DNA of 64,000 nucleotides from Hadesarchaea archaeon (lineage in GTDB: Archaea; Hadarchaeota; Hadarchaeia; Hadarchaeales; Hadarchaeaceae). The position numbers were made by a program, and so were the translations under genes. Positions 19,694-28,450 of this stretch are shown here, piece by piece (position 1 is the first letter of the stretch; every line of letters begins with the position of its first letter). The notes under the pieces are model-generated. The model did not search any database. It was not told the DNA's origin and worked only from the letters and a program-made list of their open reading frames with translations. The stretch spans positions 164,844 to 228,843 of the forward strand of contig JAPDJH010000004.1 in NCBI GenBank assembly GCA_029259175.1, given 5' to 3'.

Positions 19694-20116
19694 ATGAAGC
19701 TCCTGATGCTTCACTGTGATTACTTCTCATTCGCCACCACCCAGCCAACCAAGTTTGCCGAGCAAGTGGGTGAAGAATGCAAGAGTTGCGGTATAAAGGA
19801 CACGCTTGTGATCTTCACCACCGTCGAGCGCAAGGACGAGCGCGACCCTAAGGCCGTTGTGGAATGCGCCGTGCACGAAATAAACACCACCACCAAACGC
19901 TTGGGTGTGAGAAAACTGATAGTATATCCCTTCGTCCACCTCTCAGCCGAAGCTGGAAGCCCCCAAGCCGCAAAACACATAATCGACACGTTATACCAAC
20001 AACTACAGAGCGCCGGATACGAGGTCAAGAAAGCACCTTTCGGATGGGAAAAAGTGTTCTCGCTGACTTCCAAAGGACACCCCCTGTCAGAGTCTTTCAA
20101 AACCATTGAAGTTTAA
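19694..20116 (+). CDS. Free-standing archaeal ThrRS editing domain
   Basis: MKLLMLHCDYF, IVYPFVHLS, APFGWEK, KGHPLSE. Confidence 0.88.
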   Translation: MKLLMLHCDYFSFATTQPTKFAEQVGEECKSCGIKDTLVIFTTVERKDERDPKAVVECAVHEINTTTKRLGVRKLIVYPFVHLSAEAGSPQAAKHIIDTLYQQLQSAGYEVKKAPFGWEKVFSLTSKGHPLSESFKTIEV

Positions 20117-20766
20117 CTCACGAATTCGCCCAAGAGCGAAATCCCAACCACTGCATCCTCCTTTGTTGGGGACTCGACAATGAATCGAAACACAAAATAT
20201 GCCGCGCGCTTCCTATCTTGGAGTTTCATCGCGTGCGCCAAGAGTTCTCCAGCCGGCAAGCGCTCAACCCTCACGGCTTGTTTCCCTTTTGAGCATTTAC
20301 CACACCTATCGGTTGCGCATTCAAGCGCTGGGCGCTTGCACACGTCGCAGAGAGCTGCCGCCCACACGAGCCGAGACACGCGATTGGCCGTCCGCAGTAT
20401 ATCACTACGATCCACGCACCTCTGAATCTTGAGCTTTCCGTTCCGGAACACGCTGATCTCACGGCCTTTCCACACGAACTTTGCTACGCCAAGGTTGGAA
20501 CTGCACTTAAACTGTGAAAATCCCAAGGCCGCGCTTTCGAGGATCTTGCAGAGCGTGTCGCCGTCGAAAAAATCCTTTTCGAGATCCTCGGACAGCTCCA
20601 CATCGGCCATGAGCTTTCCCCGCTCTGACGCGCACGGGTGCACGTAAAGAAGTGCTTGCTTCCTGATTTTCAAAAGCTCGCCAATCTCCAAACCCTTGCG
20701 CAACACACATCCATCCACGTATCGGGGAATCACAAGTTCAGGCACTTGCGCCACCGCTCTTTGCAC
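20113..20766 (-). CDS. Hypothetical protein with Cys clusters
   Basis: 217-aa ORF overlapping the end of iscU; CDVC/C/C/C cluster. Confidence 0.65.
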   Translation of the reverse strand: MQRAVAQVPELVIPRYVDGCVLRKGLEIGELLKIRKQALLYVHPCASERGKLMADVELSEDLEKDFFDGDTLCKILESAALGFSQFKCSSNLGVAKFVWKGREISVFRNGKLKIQRCVDRSDILRTANRVSRLVWAAALCDVCKRPALECATDRCGKCSKGKQAVRVERLPAGELLAHAMKLQDRKRAAYFVFRFIVESPTKEDAVVGISLLGEFVS

Positions 20767-21151
20767 GATACTCCTGCAGCGCCTTTTTCAAGGTCTTATA
20801 CGCCAGGACGGCACAGTGCATCTTGAGTGCTGGCAGTCCGCCAAGCGCATCGGTGATTTGTTTAATGGTGAGTTTCTCCGCTTCCTCGACACTCTTGCCT
20901 TTGATAAGTTCGGTGGTCATAGAACCCGTGGCTATGTTCGCCGCGCATCCGAACGACAGAAACTTGGCGTCGACGATTTTGTTGTTCTCGATTCTCAGAA
21001 ACATCTTGAACATGTCTCCGCACTGCGGGTCTCCCTCTACCGCCACCACTGTGGGATCCTTCATTTCTCCCATGTTCTTTGGATTCCGAAAGAGTTCGAG
21101 AACTTTTTCCGTGTACCTCAGCAAACTGCGCTCGGTGTATTCGGCTGGCAT
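20738..21151 (-). CDS. iscU: Fe-S cluster scaffold IscU/NifU
   Basis: NPKNMG, CGD, FGCAANIA, KMHCA. Confidence 0.93.
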   Translation of the reverse strand: MPAEYTERSLLRYTEKVLELFRNPKNMGEMKDPTVVAVEGDPQCGDMFKMFLRIENNKIVDAKFLSFGCAANIATGSMTTELIKGKSVEEAEKLTIKQITDALGGLPALKMHCAVLAYKTLKKALQEYRAKSGGASA

Positions 21152-22323
21152 CACATTTCCTCCGGTTTTATCGGGCTGATCCGACGCAGGTCTTCTATGA
21201 CTCTTGGAAGGACTTCCAGTGCATGGTCGATTTCTTTTTCTTCTGTGAGCCACGTGAACGTGAAGCGGATTGCCCCATGTGCAATCTCTGGCTTGACCCC
21301 AATGGCCGACAGCACATGGCTGGGCTCCAGCTTTCTTGTGGAACAGGCCGAACCGGTGGCTACAGCGATTCCGTGCATATCCAGCCGTAGAAGAATGGAT
21401 TCTCCTTCGATCCCCTTAAACGAATAATTTACGTTCGCCGGACTGCGTTTTTCTCCTCGCGGACCATGCAGTACAACGTGTGGGATTTTATCCTCGATAC
21501 CCTGCATGAGCCTCGCTTGGAGCTTCCGCATATGTGCTATGTGGGCATCAAAGTGGTCAAACGCAAGTTCAACGGCCTTGGCGAATCCCATTATGCCCGG
21601 GATATTCTCGGTGCCTGGCCTCAGAGCTGAAAGCGAGATGTATCCGTAATCGATCGGCTCGATTCGTGTCCCCTCTCTCACGTAAAGCGCTCCAGCTCCT
21701 TTGGGGCCGTGAATCTTGTGAGCGCTTATGCTCAGCAAATCCACGCCCATGTGGCCAACATCTATCGGAACACGGGCATAACCAGCGGCGGCGTTTACGT
21801 GAAAATACGTGTGCTGATTCCGCTCTTTCACGATCTTGACTATCTCCTCAACGTTTTGTATCGTTCCGATCTCGTCGTTCACGTTTCCGATACTTACCAA
21901 GATGGTTTCGTTGGTAAGCTTCTCTTCAACGGTTTTTGGATCGACAAATCCTTCACTGTCCACCGGCAGGTAATCCACTTTGAATCCCTCCTTTTCAAGC
22001 CGCTCACACACCCGAAGCACAGAAGGGTTCTCAACCTTGGTAGTTATGATGTGGCGACCGCGATTCCTGTTGGCATACGCTACCCCCCGGAGTGCGATAT
22101 CGTTCGCTTCTGTGGCTCCCGAGGTAAACACGATCTCTTCTGGTTTTCCGCCGATGCTGTGCGCAATCACCTCTCGGGCCCGGTCGACCGCCGCGGCGGC
22201 GCGCGTGCCCAGCTCGTACAAGAAAATCGGATGACCAAAATCTTCCTCCATATACTTTCTCATTTCCTGTACAACTTGGGGGTGTGTCCAAGTGGTGCTC
22301 CCGCAATCCAGGTAGGCCTTCAT
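21151..22323 (-). CDS. iscS: Cysteine desulfurase IscS/NifS
   Basis: FTSGATEA, SAHKIHGPKG, RPGTEN, TGSACS. Confidence 0.94.
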   Translation of the reverse strand: MKAYLDCGSTTWTHPQVVQEMRKYMEEDFGHPIFLYELGTRAAAAVDRAREVIAHSIGGKPEEIVFTSGATEANDIALRGVAYANRNRGRHIITTKVENPSVLRVCERLEKEGFKVDYLPVDSEGFVDPKTVEEKLTNETILVSIGNVNDEIGTIQNVEEIVKIVKERNQHTYFHVNAAAGYARVPIDVGHMGVDLLSISAHKIHGPKGAGALYVREGTRIEPIDYGYISLSALRPGTENIPGIMGFAKAVELAFDHFDAHIAHMRKLQARLMQGIEDKIPHVVLHGPRGEKRSPANVNYSFKGIEGESILLRLDMHGIAVATGSACSTRKLEPSHVLSAIGVKPEIAHGAIRFTFTWLTEEKEIDHALEVLPRVIEDLRRISPIKPEEM

Positions 22324-22640
22324 TTCAAGGCCCCTTTCTTCGAAAGCTCGGCACAGATATGACAGTAGATCTGAGAAAATTCCTCGTCTCTGCGTTCCTC
22401 CGCCACTATTTGTTCAACCAGCTCATCTATCACCGACATTATTCCGTATCGGCGCAGGACTGATTGATATCGTGAGCCCCTAAGCCTGTTCAGATACTGG
22501 CTAACCGCTGGCTGGGTGATGCCCAAACGCTCGGCTATCTCGGTTTGCTTCATTCTGTGCTTCTCCGCCAGCTTTTTCACAACAGCTACACGAACGGCCG
22601 GCAGAATCCGCTTGACCATGAGTTCACATTTCGGTCGCAT
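22320..22640 (-). CDS. HTH transcriptional regulator with conserved Cys (COG2522-like)
   Basis: PKCE...LPAVR, QTEIAERLGITQPAVSQYL, C-terminal CHIC; first gene of the isc operon. Confidence 0.85.
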   Translation of the reverse strand: MRPKCELMVKRILPAVRVAVVKKLAEKHRMKQTEIAERLGITQPAVSQYLNRLRGSRYQSVLRRYGIMSVIDELVEQIVAEERRDEEFSQIYCHICAELSKKGALK

Positions 22641-22642
22641 CT

Positions 22643-22655
22643 ATAACAACGTTAT
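22643..22655. promoter_or_regulatory. ATAAC-N3-GTTAT operator immediately upstream of the regulator start codon
   Basis: ATAAC-AAC-GTTAT 2 bp from the ATG. Confidence 0.65.
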
Positions 22656-22786
22656 CCTTTCTCTAATAAACCCTTTCTTGGTGATCTCTTCCGCCTGATC
22701 TCGTGGCAATGAACCACTCATTGAGAAAACAGTTCTTCTGGCTGAAAAGTGGAATTTGTTCAGCTCACCTCCGGAATCTGCAGCAA

Positions 22787-22938
22787 TGTCCCATATAGGA
22801 CATCGTACTGACCGCCCGTTTTCCAGGACTTTGGTGCTAGAAAATCGAACTGCCGGTGGTAAGGATTGTCGTTGTTGTCCCATATGGGACATCCCAAAAG
22901 GAGAAGCTGTCAGTTATCGATGTGTCCCATATGGGACA
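22787..22938. repeat. Cluster 2 of the palindrome TGTCCCATATGGGACA
   Basis: Copies at 22787 (one mismatch), 22876 and 22923 in an intergenic region. Confidence 0.95.
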
Positions 22939-22994
22939 TCACCAAACCTGAAAAACAATAAAAGAAAAATGTCTCTAATACTCTCGTCGCACAT

Positions 22995-23741
22995 TCATTT
23001 CACTTTCAAAATTCGTGAGTAGAGATCCCTTTCTATTGGAATCCTTGGAGACGCTTCACCCCTCTTCGGAAGATTTAATCTCCGGATTATAACCACGGGA
23101 GTTTGCTCCGCGCCTTCACCCATTATAAGCTGGGCCGCCGTCGCAAGCTGGTCTGCTATGGCCCTAAATGTCTGTTTTAGTGGTTTTCCGTACAAATCAG
23201 GATCTCCACGACAATCGATCACCGGGACTACGCCAGCCACGCCGATCGATTGCCCCACCGTCCCCACCCGCAACGGCTTCACATTGCTGTCGGAGATCAC
23301 CACGCCAACGTCCGCTTTGACCCGCTTCTTTATTTCCATGCGAATTCTTCGCGCTGCTCTCTCGGGATTCTCCGGCATGAGAGCCACCCACCCCGGAGGC
23401 ATGTTGGAAGAATCCACGCCCGCATTGGCACACAGGAGTCCGTTCTTTATGGTCAGAACAGCGCCACGTGTGACGCCCAACACTTTGTCCGCTTCACGCA
23501 AAACGATCTCGACAAATCGCGGATCTTGGCCCGAAACCCTGGCGAGATTCATGGCCCGCTTTGAGGGCCTAATATCTGCAAGACGCGCAATCCTGTTCTC
23601 GCATATCGCTACAACCTTTGAAGAAATCACCACTATGTCTCGATTCTTCAGTCCACCGATTTTCGAAGAATTCCTAACAATTAGTGAAACCAGATCTGCT
23701 CCCGGTTTAACCACGGGGAACTTCAGACCAAAGATTTCCAT
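22995..23741 (-). CDS. cofE: Coenzyme F420-0:L-glutamate ligase
   Basis: VISSKVV, CANAGVDSSN, ISDS..KPLR.G, MGEGAEQTP. Confidence 0.9.
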   Translation of the reverse strand: MEIFGLKFPVVKPGADLVSLIVRNSSKIGGLKNRDIVVISSKVVAICENRIARLADIRPSKRAMNLARVSGQDPRFVEIVLREADKVLGVTRGAVLTIKNGLLCANAGVDSSNMPPGWVALMPENPERAARRIRMEIKKRVKADVGVVISDSNVKPLRVGTVGQSIGVAGVVPVIDCRGDPDLYGKPLKQTFRAIADQLATAAQLIMGEGAEQTPVVIIRRLNLPKRGEASPRIPIERDLYSRILKVK

Positions 23742-23825
23742 CCAAACCCCACCCCTCTTCTGAGTTCTCCCATATAAGAAAACAAGCGAAAGCATTATTT
23801 TCGCCCACTTGCAGTAGAATGTGAA

Positions 23826-24359
23826 ATGATCGAGATTACCATTCACGGGAGAGGCGGACTTGGCGCCGTAACTGCGGCACGCTTGCTCGCCGAAGCAGCT
23901 TTCCGGGAAGGCAAACACTGCCAAGCTTTTCCTTCTTTTGGAGCTGAGCGGAGAGGGGCTCCGGTTGCAGCGTTTGTCAGAATAAACGAAAAACCCATCC
24001 GGGCACGCGGCATGGTGTACGCGCCCGACCACGTTGTTGTTCTGGATCCGTCCCTGATCGACGCGGTGGAGATCACTCAAGGACTAAAAAGGGATGGGTG
24101 GGTGATCATAAACTCTAAAAACAAACCGAACCGGCTCTCTTGGCCGAAAATAGCATGGGTGGACGCCACCACCATAGCAAACGAAACTCTGGGCAGACCG
24201 ATCGTCAACACGGCAATGCTGGGGGCCCTGGTCAAGGTCACAGAGATCGTCAGCCTAACATCACTGACAAAAACCGTTGAGGAATACTTCAAAGGAAAGG
24301 GAGCGGTGGGGAATGTGAACGCCGTTAGACTGGCGTACGAGGGGGTACGAACCGAATGA
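23826..24359 (+). CDS. porC: Pyruvate/2-oxoacid:ferredoxin oxidoreductase gamma subunit
   Basis: HGRGGLG, FGAERRGAPV, NTAMLGA. Confidence 0.93.
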   Translation: MIEITIHGRGGLGAVTAARLLAEAAFREGKHCQAFPSFGAERRGAPVAAFVRINEKPIRARGMVYAPDHVVVLDPSLIDAVEITQGLKRDGWVIINSKNKPNRLSWPKIAWVDATTIANETLGRPIVNTAMLGALVKVTEIVSLTSLTKTVEEYFKGKGAVGNVNAVRLAYEGVRTE

Positions 24360-24613
24360 AACTCCTGCCTGGCGCAGTCATAGACCGGCCCGGGAACTCT
24401 GAAGAGTACCAAACAGGAGGGTGGAGAACCAAGCGCCCGATCATCGATCCAGAAAAGTGTAAGGCATGCGGCACGTGCTGGGTCTACTGTCCAGACGCTG
24501 CCATCATCCCTGGAAATCCCTACACCATAGACTACCGGTATTGTAAGGGGTGCGGGATATGCGCCAACGAGTGCCCGTTTAAAGCCATCCGAATGGAGGA
24601 GGAAATCAAATGA
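24356..24613 (+). CDS. porD: POR delta subunit (ferredoxin)
   Basis: TGGWR..RP, CKACGTCWVYCP, CKGCGICANECP. Confidence 0.93.
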   Translation: MKLLPGAVIDRPGNSEEYQTGGWRTKRPIIDPEKCKACGTCWVYCPDAAIIPGNPYTIDYRYCKGCGICANECPFKAIRMEEEIK

Positions 24614-25794
24614 AAATGATTCTTACCGGCAATGAGGCTGCCGCTTACGCCGCCAAGCTCGCTCGGGTTCAGGTTATATCAGCCTACCCCATCACCCCCC
24701 AGACAATAGTGGTAGAAAAGCTGTCAGAATTCATAGCCAACGGTGAGCTAAACGCAGAATTCATCAAGGTGGAGTCAGAACACAGCGCCATGAGTGCTTG
24801 CATCGGAGCTGCAGCCGCTGGGGCAAGGGCGTTCACCGCAACCTCCTCCCAAGGCCTCATGCTGATGAGCGAAATGCTCTTCGTTGCAGCAGGTCTTCGT
24901 CTTCCCATAGTGATGACCAACGCCAATCGTTCTCTTTCCGCCCCCCTAAGCATATGGTGCGACCAACAGGACTCCATGGCAGTCCGCGACTCTGGCTGGA
25001 TTCAGATCTACTGCGAAAACAACCAAGAGATCTTGGACAGCACTCTCCAAGCATTCAAAATCGCCGAGTCCGAGCTGGTGCCTGTAATGGTGTGCTACGA
25101 CGGCTATATCCTCTCCCACACTGCCGAGCCAGTAGACGTGCCATCGCAGTCTGATGTCGACAAATTCCTTCCACCGTACCGCTACCCGTACACGCTGGAT
25201 CCGGAAAAGCCTGTAACTCTTGGGTGTGTTGGAACCCCGCCGTATTACACCGAGTTCCGCTATATGCTGCAACAGGCTCTCTTGAAGGCCAAAGAGACTG
25301 TGAAAGAAGTCGGTGCAGAGTTCGGAAAATCCTTTGGAAGGCCATATTCCGTGCTGGACGCATATCATTGCAACGACGCTGATGTGGTCTTAATAACCTT
25401 GGGCTCCCTGGCCGGTCCACTGAAGGAGCTAATCGACGAAAAGCGAGAGCAAGGTGAAAAGATTGGGCTCGTCAGATTAAGACTGTTCAGACCATTCCCA
25501 GCAGAGGAACTGGTGTCCGCTGTCAAAAACGCCAAAGCAATAGGGGTGTTAGAAAAAGACGTTTCACTGGGATCCACAGGTGCGCTTTATTTAGACGTCA
25601 GCAACGCTCTCCTGTGTTATGGGATTGCTGTTCCTACCATCAACTTTATCTGTGGTTTGGCTGGACGGGACATCTCACCCGCAGATCTAGACTATGTCTT
25701 CAAAACCACCACCAAAGCCGCACAGGAGGGAAAAGCTGAACAGCGCGTGGTCTGGCTGGGGCTGAGAAAAGACCTGATAGGTGAGGGAACGTGA
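24610..25794 (+). CDS. porA: POR alpha subunit
   Basis: [22 protein letters not shown]. Confidence 0.95.
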   Translation: MKMILTGNEAAAYAAKLARVQVISAYPITPQTIVVEKLSEFIANGELNAEFIKVESEHSAMSACIGAAAAGARAFTATSSQGLMLMSEMLFVAAGLRLPIVMTNANRSLSAPLSIWCDQQDSMAVRDSGWIQIYCENNQEILDSTLQAFKIAESELVPVMVCYDGYILSHTAEPVDVPSQSDVDKFLPPYRYPYTLDPEKPVTLGCVGTPPYYTEFRYMLQQALLKAKETVKEVGAEFGKSFGRPYSVLDAYHCNDADVVLITLGSLAGPLKELIDEKREQGEKIGLVRLRLFRPFPAEELVSAVKNAKAIGVLEKDVSLGSTGALYLDVSNALLCYGIAVPTINFICGLAGRDISPADLDYVFKTTTKAAQEGKAEQRVVWLGLRKDLIGEGT

Positions 25795-26663
25795 AGGGAT
25801 TTCCGGCTGAAGAGCTGATCGCCAGAGGACACAGGGCGTGTGCTGGCTGCGGGTGTATTCTCGCCCTGCGCCACATTATGAAAGCTCTCGGAAGGAACAC
25901 GATAGTGGTAGCGGTCACCGGCTGTATGGAAGTGGTCACCACGCCCTATCCGCACACGGCTTGGAGAGTCCCGTGGATTCACGCCGCATTCGAAAATGCT
26001 GCGTCGGTGGCTTCCGGTGTAGCGAGAGCGCTAAAGGTACGGGGTCGAGAGGACGTAAAAGTGGTTGCCATCGCTGGAGACGGAGGAACCGCAGACATCG
26101 GACTTCAAGCGCTCTCCGGTGCGCTGGAACGGAACGAAAACATGCTTTACATCTGTTATGACAACGAGGCCTACGAAAACACAGGAATCCAGAGGAGTGG
26201 ATCTACTCCTCTCTATGCGTGGACCACGACTACTCCCGTGGGGAAGGTGTGGCGCGGAGAAGACAGACCAAAAAAGGACTTGCCCGCGATCGTTGCGGCC
26301 CACGGTGCTCCGTATGTGGCCACTGCTTCGGTCGCATATCCGCTCGACCTCATCAAAAAGGTCAAGAAGGCGGCAGCGATCCGCGGTCCAACCTATATTC
26401 ACGTGCATGCCACGTGTGTGCCGGGATGGCGGATACCCGAGCATAAAAGCATAGAGGTGGCCAGAATGGCTGTGCTGACGGGTGTATGGATCCTCTATGA
26501 AATAGAAAACGGAAAAATCCAAGTGACTTTCAAGCCGCCAAAGCGAAAACCTGTGGCAGAATATCTTCGGATGCAGGGACGCTTTAGGCACCTGAGCGAC
26601 AAGGAGATCGCTGAAATCCAAAAAATGGTCGACGAACAATGCAAAAAATTCGGTATCGACTAA
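25791..26663 (+). CDS. porB: POR beta subunit
   Basis: [27 protein letters not shown]. Confidence 0.95.
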   Translation: MKGFPAEELIARGHRACAGCGCILALRHIMKALGRNTIVVAVTGCMEVVTTPYPHTAWRVPWIHAAFENAASVASGVARALKVRGREDVKVVAIAGDGGTADIGLQALSGALERNENMLYICYDNEAYENTGIQRSGSTPLYAWTTTTPVGKVWRGEDRPKKDLPAIVAAHGAPYVATASVAYPLDLIKKVKKAAAIRGPTYIHVHATCVPGWRIPEHKSIEVARMAVLTGVWILYEIENGKIQVTFKPPKRKPVAEYLRMQGRFRHLSDKEIAEIQKMVDEQCKKFGID

Positions 26664-28366
26664 TCGATGTGCGCATCATCGATCTTTGTCCACTGGGGCA
26701 TGCCTGGTGTCCAAACAAGAGCGTTTGGCTTGATCCGGCCTTCCGATTTCCATTTCCTCAATACATCCAACGACACAGGCCCGTACTGAACACCGTCCTG
26801 ATACAGATACCAGAGGGAGGGAGTGCTCGGAGGTGAAGGACCCCGCTTTCTAGCACCTAGGTAGTAAAGGAAGAGACCAGTGCCCGCACCGAGCAGTGCC
26901 ACAAGGATCCACAAGTTCAAGAAAGAGGAGGGTGCCTCCAGCTCCCAAGCGTAAGGCGAGTTCCACGCTGTTTCGAAAATGTTTTCTAACTTCGACACTA
27001 TTTCCGGACTCTCAAAGACTATGCCCAGATCCCTGGTCGCTCCCGGAGTCCAACCGTCTACCGTCACCGAGTAGCCCATGTGGGGAGCAAACCAGTTGGC
27101 GCTTCCTACATATGCTCGCTCGCCGTCCACAAAGAGGGTTTTAGCGTGCAGCCACCCGCTTGTCTGGGAGTCCCCGATTTCCACTATGTCTATTATTTTG
27201 ACTTCCACATTCGGAACTCTCGATAACTCGTAGAGAGTCTCTCTGCAATGCTCCCACTCATCAAAATAATGCTGGTCAACCAGCACTTGGACAGGGACCC
27301 CCCGGGCTGCCGCCCTCCTCAGAGCATCGTCCAGGGTTGTGTAACCGCCTCCAGTCGAGTGCTTGTAAAGCATTGCACGAACTCTGGTGGTCGCGTTGTC
27401 TATGAGGGCAACCAGCGCGCTCTCGGTGTTCGTTATCTTTGGATTGTCGAGTTCGGAAGTCGGAGCGGTTTCAGCAACTTCCATCTGGCGAATAGGCAGA
27501 GCGCCAAAAAATTCAGTCACCGGTACGAATGGATTGGGATCCACTGAATCAATCGCTCCATCATTGTCTGTGTCTTCGTTTTGCGGATCTGTGCCCAAAA
27601 GCGTCTCGATCTCGTTTGTCAATCCATCACCGTCCAGGTCATTTTCAGAGGGGGACCTGAGCGGAGTTCCTCCAGCTGCCACCCAGTCCCGCTCGAACAC
27701 GCTCAGCAACACGCCAGTCAGCGCACGGCTCTTCACGTGCAAACCTACCTCCAAACTATCGTTCAATGCGGTCCAACTCCAGTTCTGACTTCCCACATAG
27801 GCTTGCCGATTATCGATTACGAAGTACTTGGCATGGAGCCATCCACCGCTCAGCTCTTTCACGGGCAGCAATTTCAATTCTATATTCTCATTGAGTGCTA
27901 GATCCGCAGGAACTCGAGAGTAACTCGAACTCTTTTCGTACATTCCTTCATCTAAAATTATTTTTACTTGGACCCCCCTGCGAGCAGCGTTTTTTATTGC
28001 CTCGAGTATGTTTTCGGGAAAAGAACTGGAGATATAGTATGTTTCTACGCAAATCGTTTTTTGCGCCTCTTCGAAGAGACTGGGCCACAGCGAAACAGAG
28101 TTTGGAATATCTGCGCTGTCTAGCTCCGGAGGGGCGCTTTGGTACAGTTCCAGTTCCTTGGCCGAGAGGGGATCCCGATCGATTGGATCGCTGATTCCGT
28201 CCCCATCGGTATCGGTGCTTGTCGGATCCGTACCCAAAATTTGTTCCTGCACATCTGTCCACCCATCCCCGTCCGTGTCCACATTCCCCGGAGCGGCTTC
28301 AGCATTTGATGCAGTTAGTGCCACAAGCAAAACAAAGGCCATCAGTGCCGAGCTTGGTGCCTTCAT
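26660..28366 (-). CDS. Secreted membrane-anchored phospholipase D-family protein with DxDxDG Ca-binding repeats and a C-terminal GYF_2-like domain
   Basis: Signal peptide; two HxKxxxxD...GSxN motifs; DTDGDG repeats; TM helix; WY...QYGP...VWTPGM.QW. Confidence 0.8.
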   Translation of the reverse strand: MKAPSSALMAFVLLVALTASNAEAAPGNVDTDGDGWTDVQEQILGTDPTSTDTDGDGISDPIDRDPLSAKELELYQSAPPELDSADIPNSVSLWPSLFEEAQKTICVETYYISSSFPENILEAIKNAARRGVQVKIILDEGMYEKSSSYSRVPADLALNENIELKLLPVKELSGGWLHAKYFVIDNRQAYVGSQNWSWTALNDSLEVGLHVKSRALTGVLLSVFERDWVAAGGTPLRSPSENDLDGDGLTNEIETLLGTDPQNEDTDNDGAIDSVDPNPFVPVTEFFGALPIRQMEVAETAPTSELDNPKITNTESALVALIDNATTRVRAMLYKHSTGGGYTTLDDALRRAAARGVPVQVLVDQHYFDEWEHCRETLYELSRVPNVEVKIIDIVEIGDSQTSGWLHAKTLFVDGERAYVGSANWFAPHMGYSVTVDGWTPGATRDLGIVFESPEIVSKLENIFETAWNSPYAWELEAPSSFLNLWILVALLGAGTGLFLYYLGARKRGPSPPSTPSLWYLYQDGVQYGPVSLDVLRKWKSEGRIKPNALVWTPGMPQWTKIDDAHID

Positions 28367-28450
28367 ATTCTCAACTAGAAACGGTTATTAAAGCTAAGAT
28401 AAAAGATATGTTGGAGGCTTGACCCGAGGGGTGGTCCCCGAGGGTCGAGA

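Noticed and set aside
22641-23022. Short ORFs containing repeated CPIWD/VPYGT (also 3972-4482)
   Set aside because: Translation artefacts of the DNA palindrome
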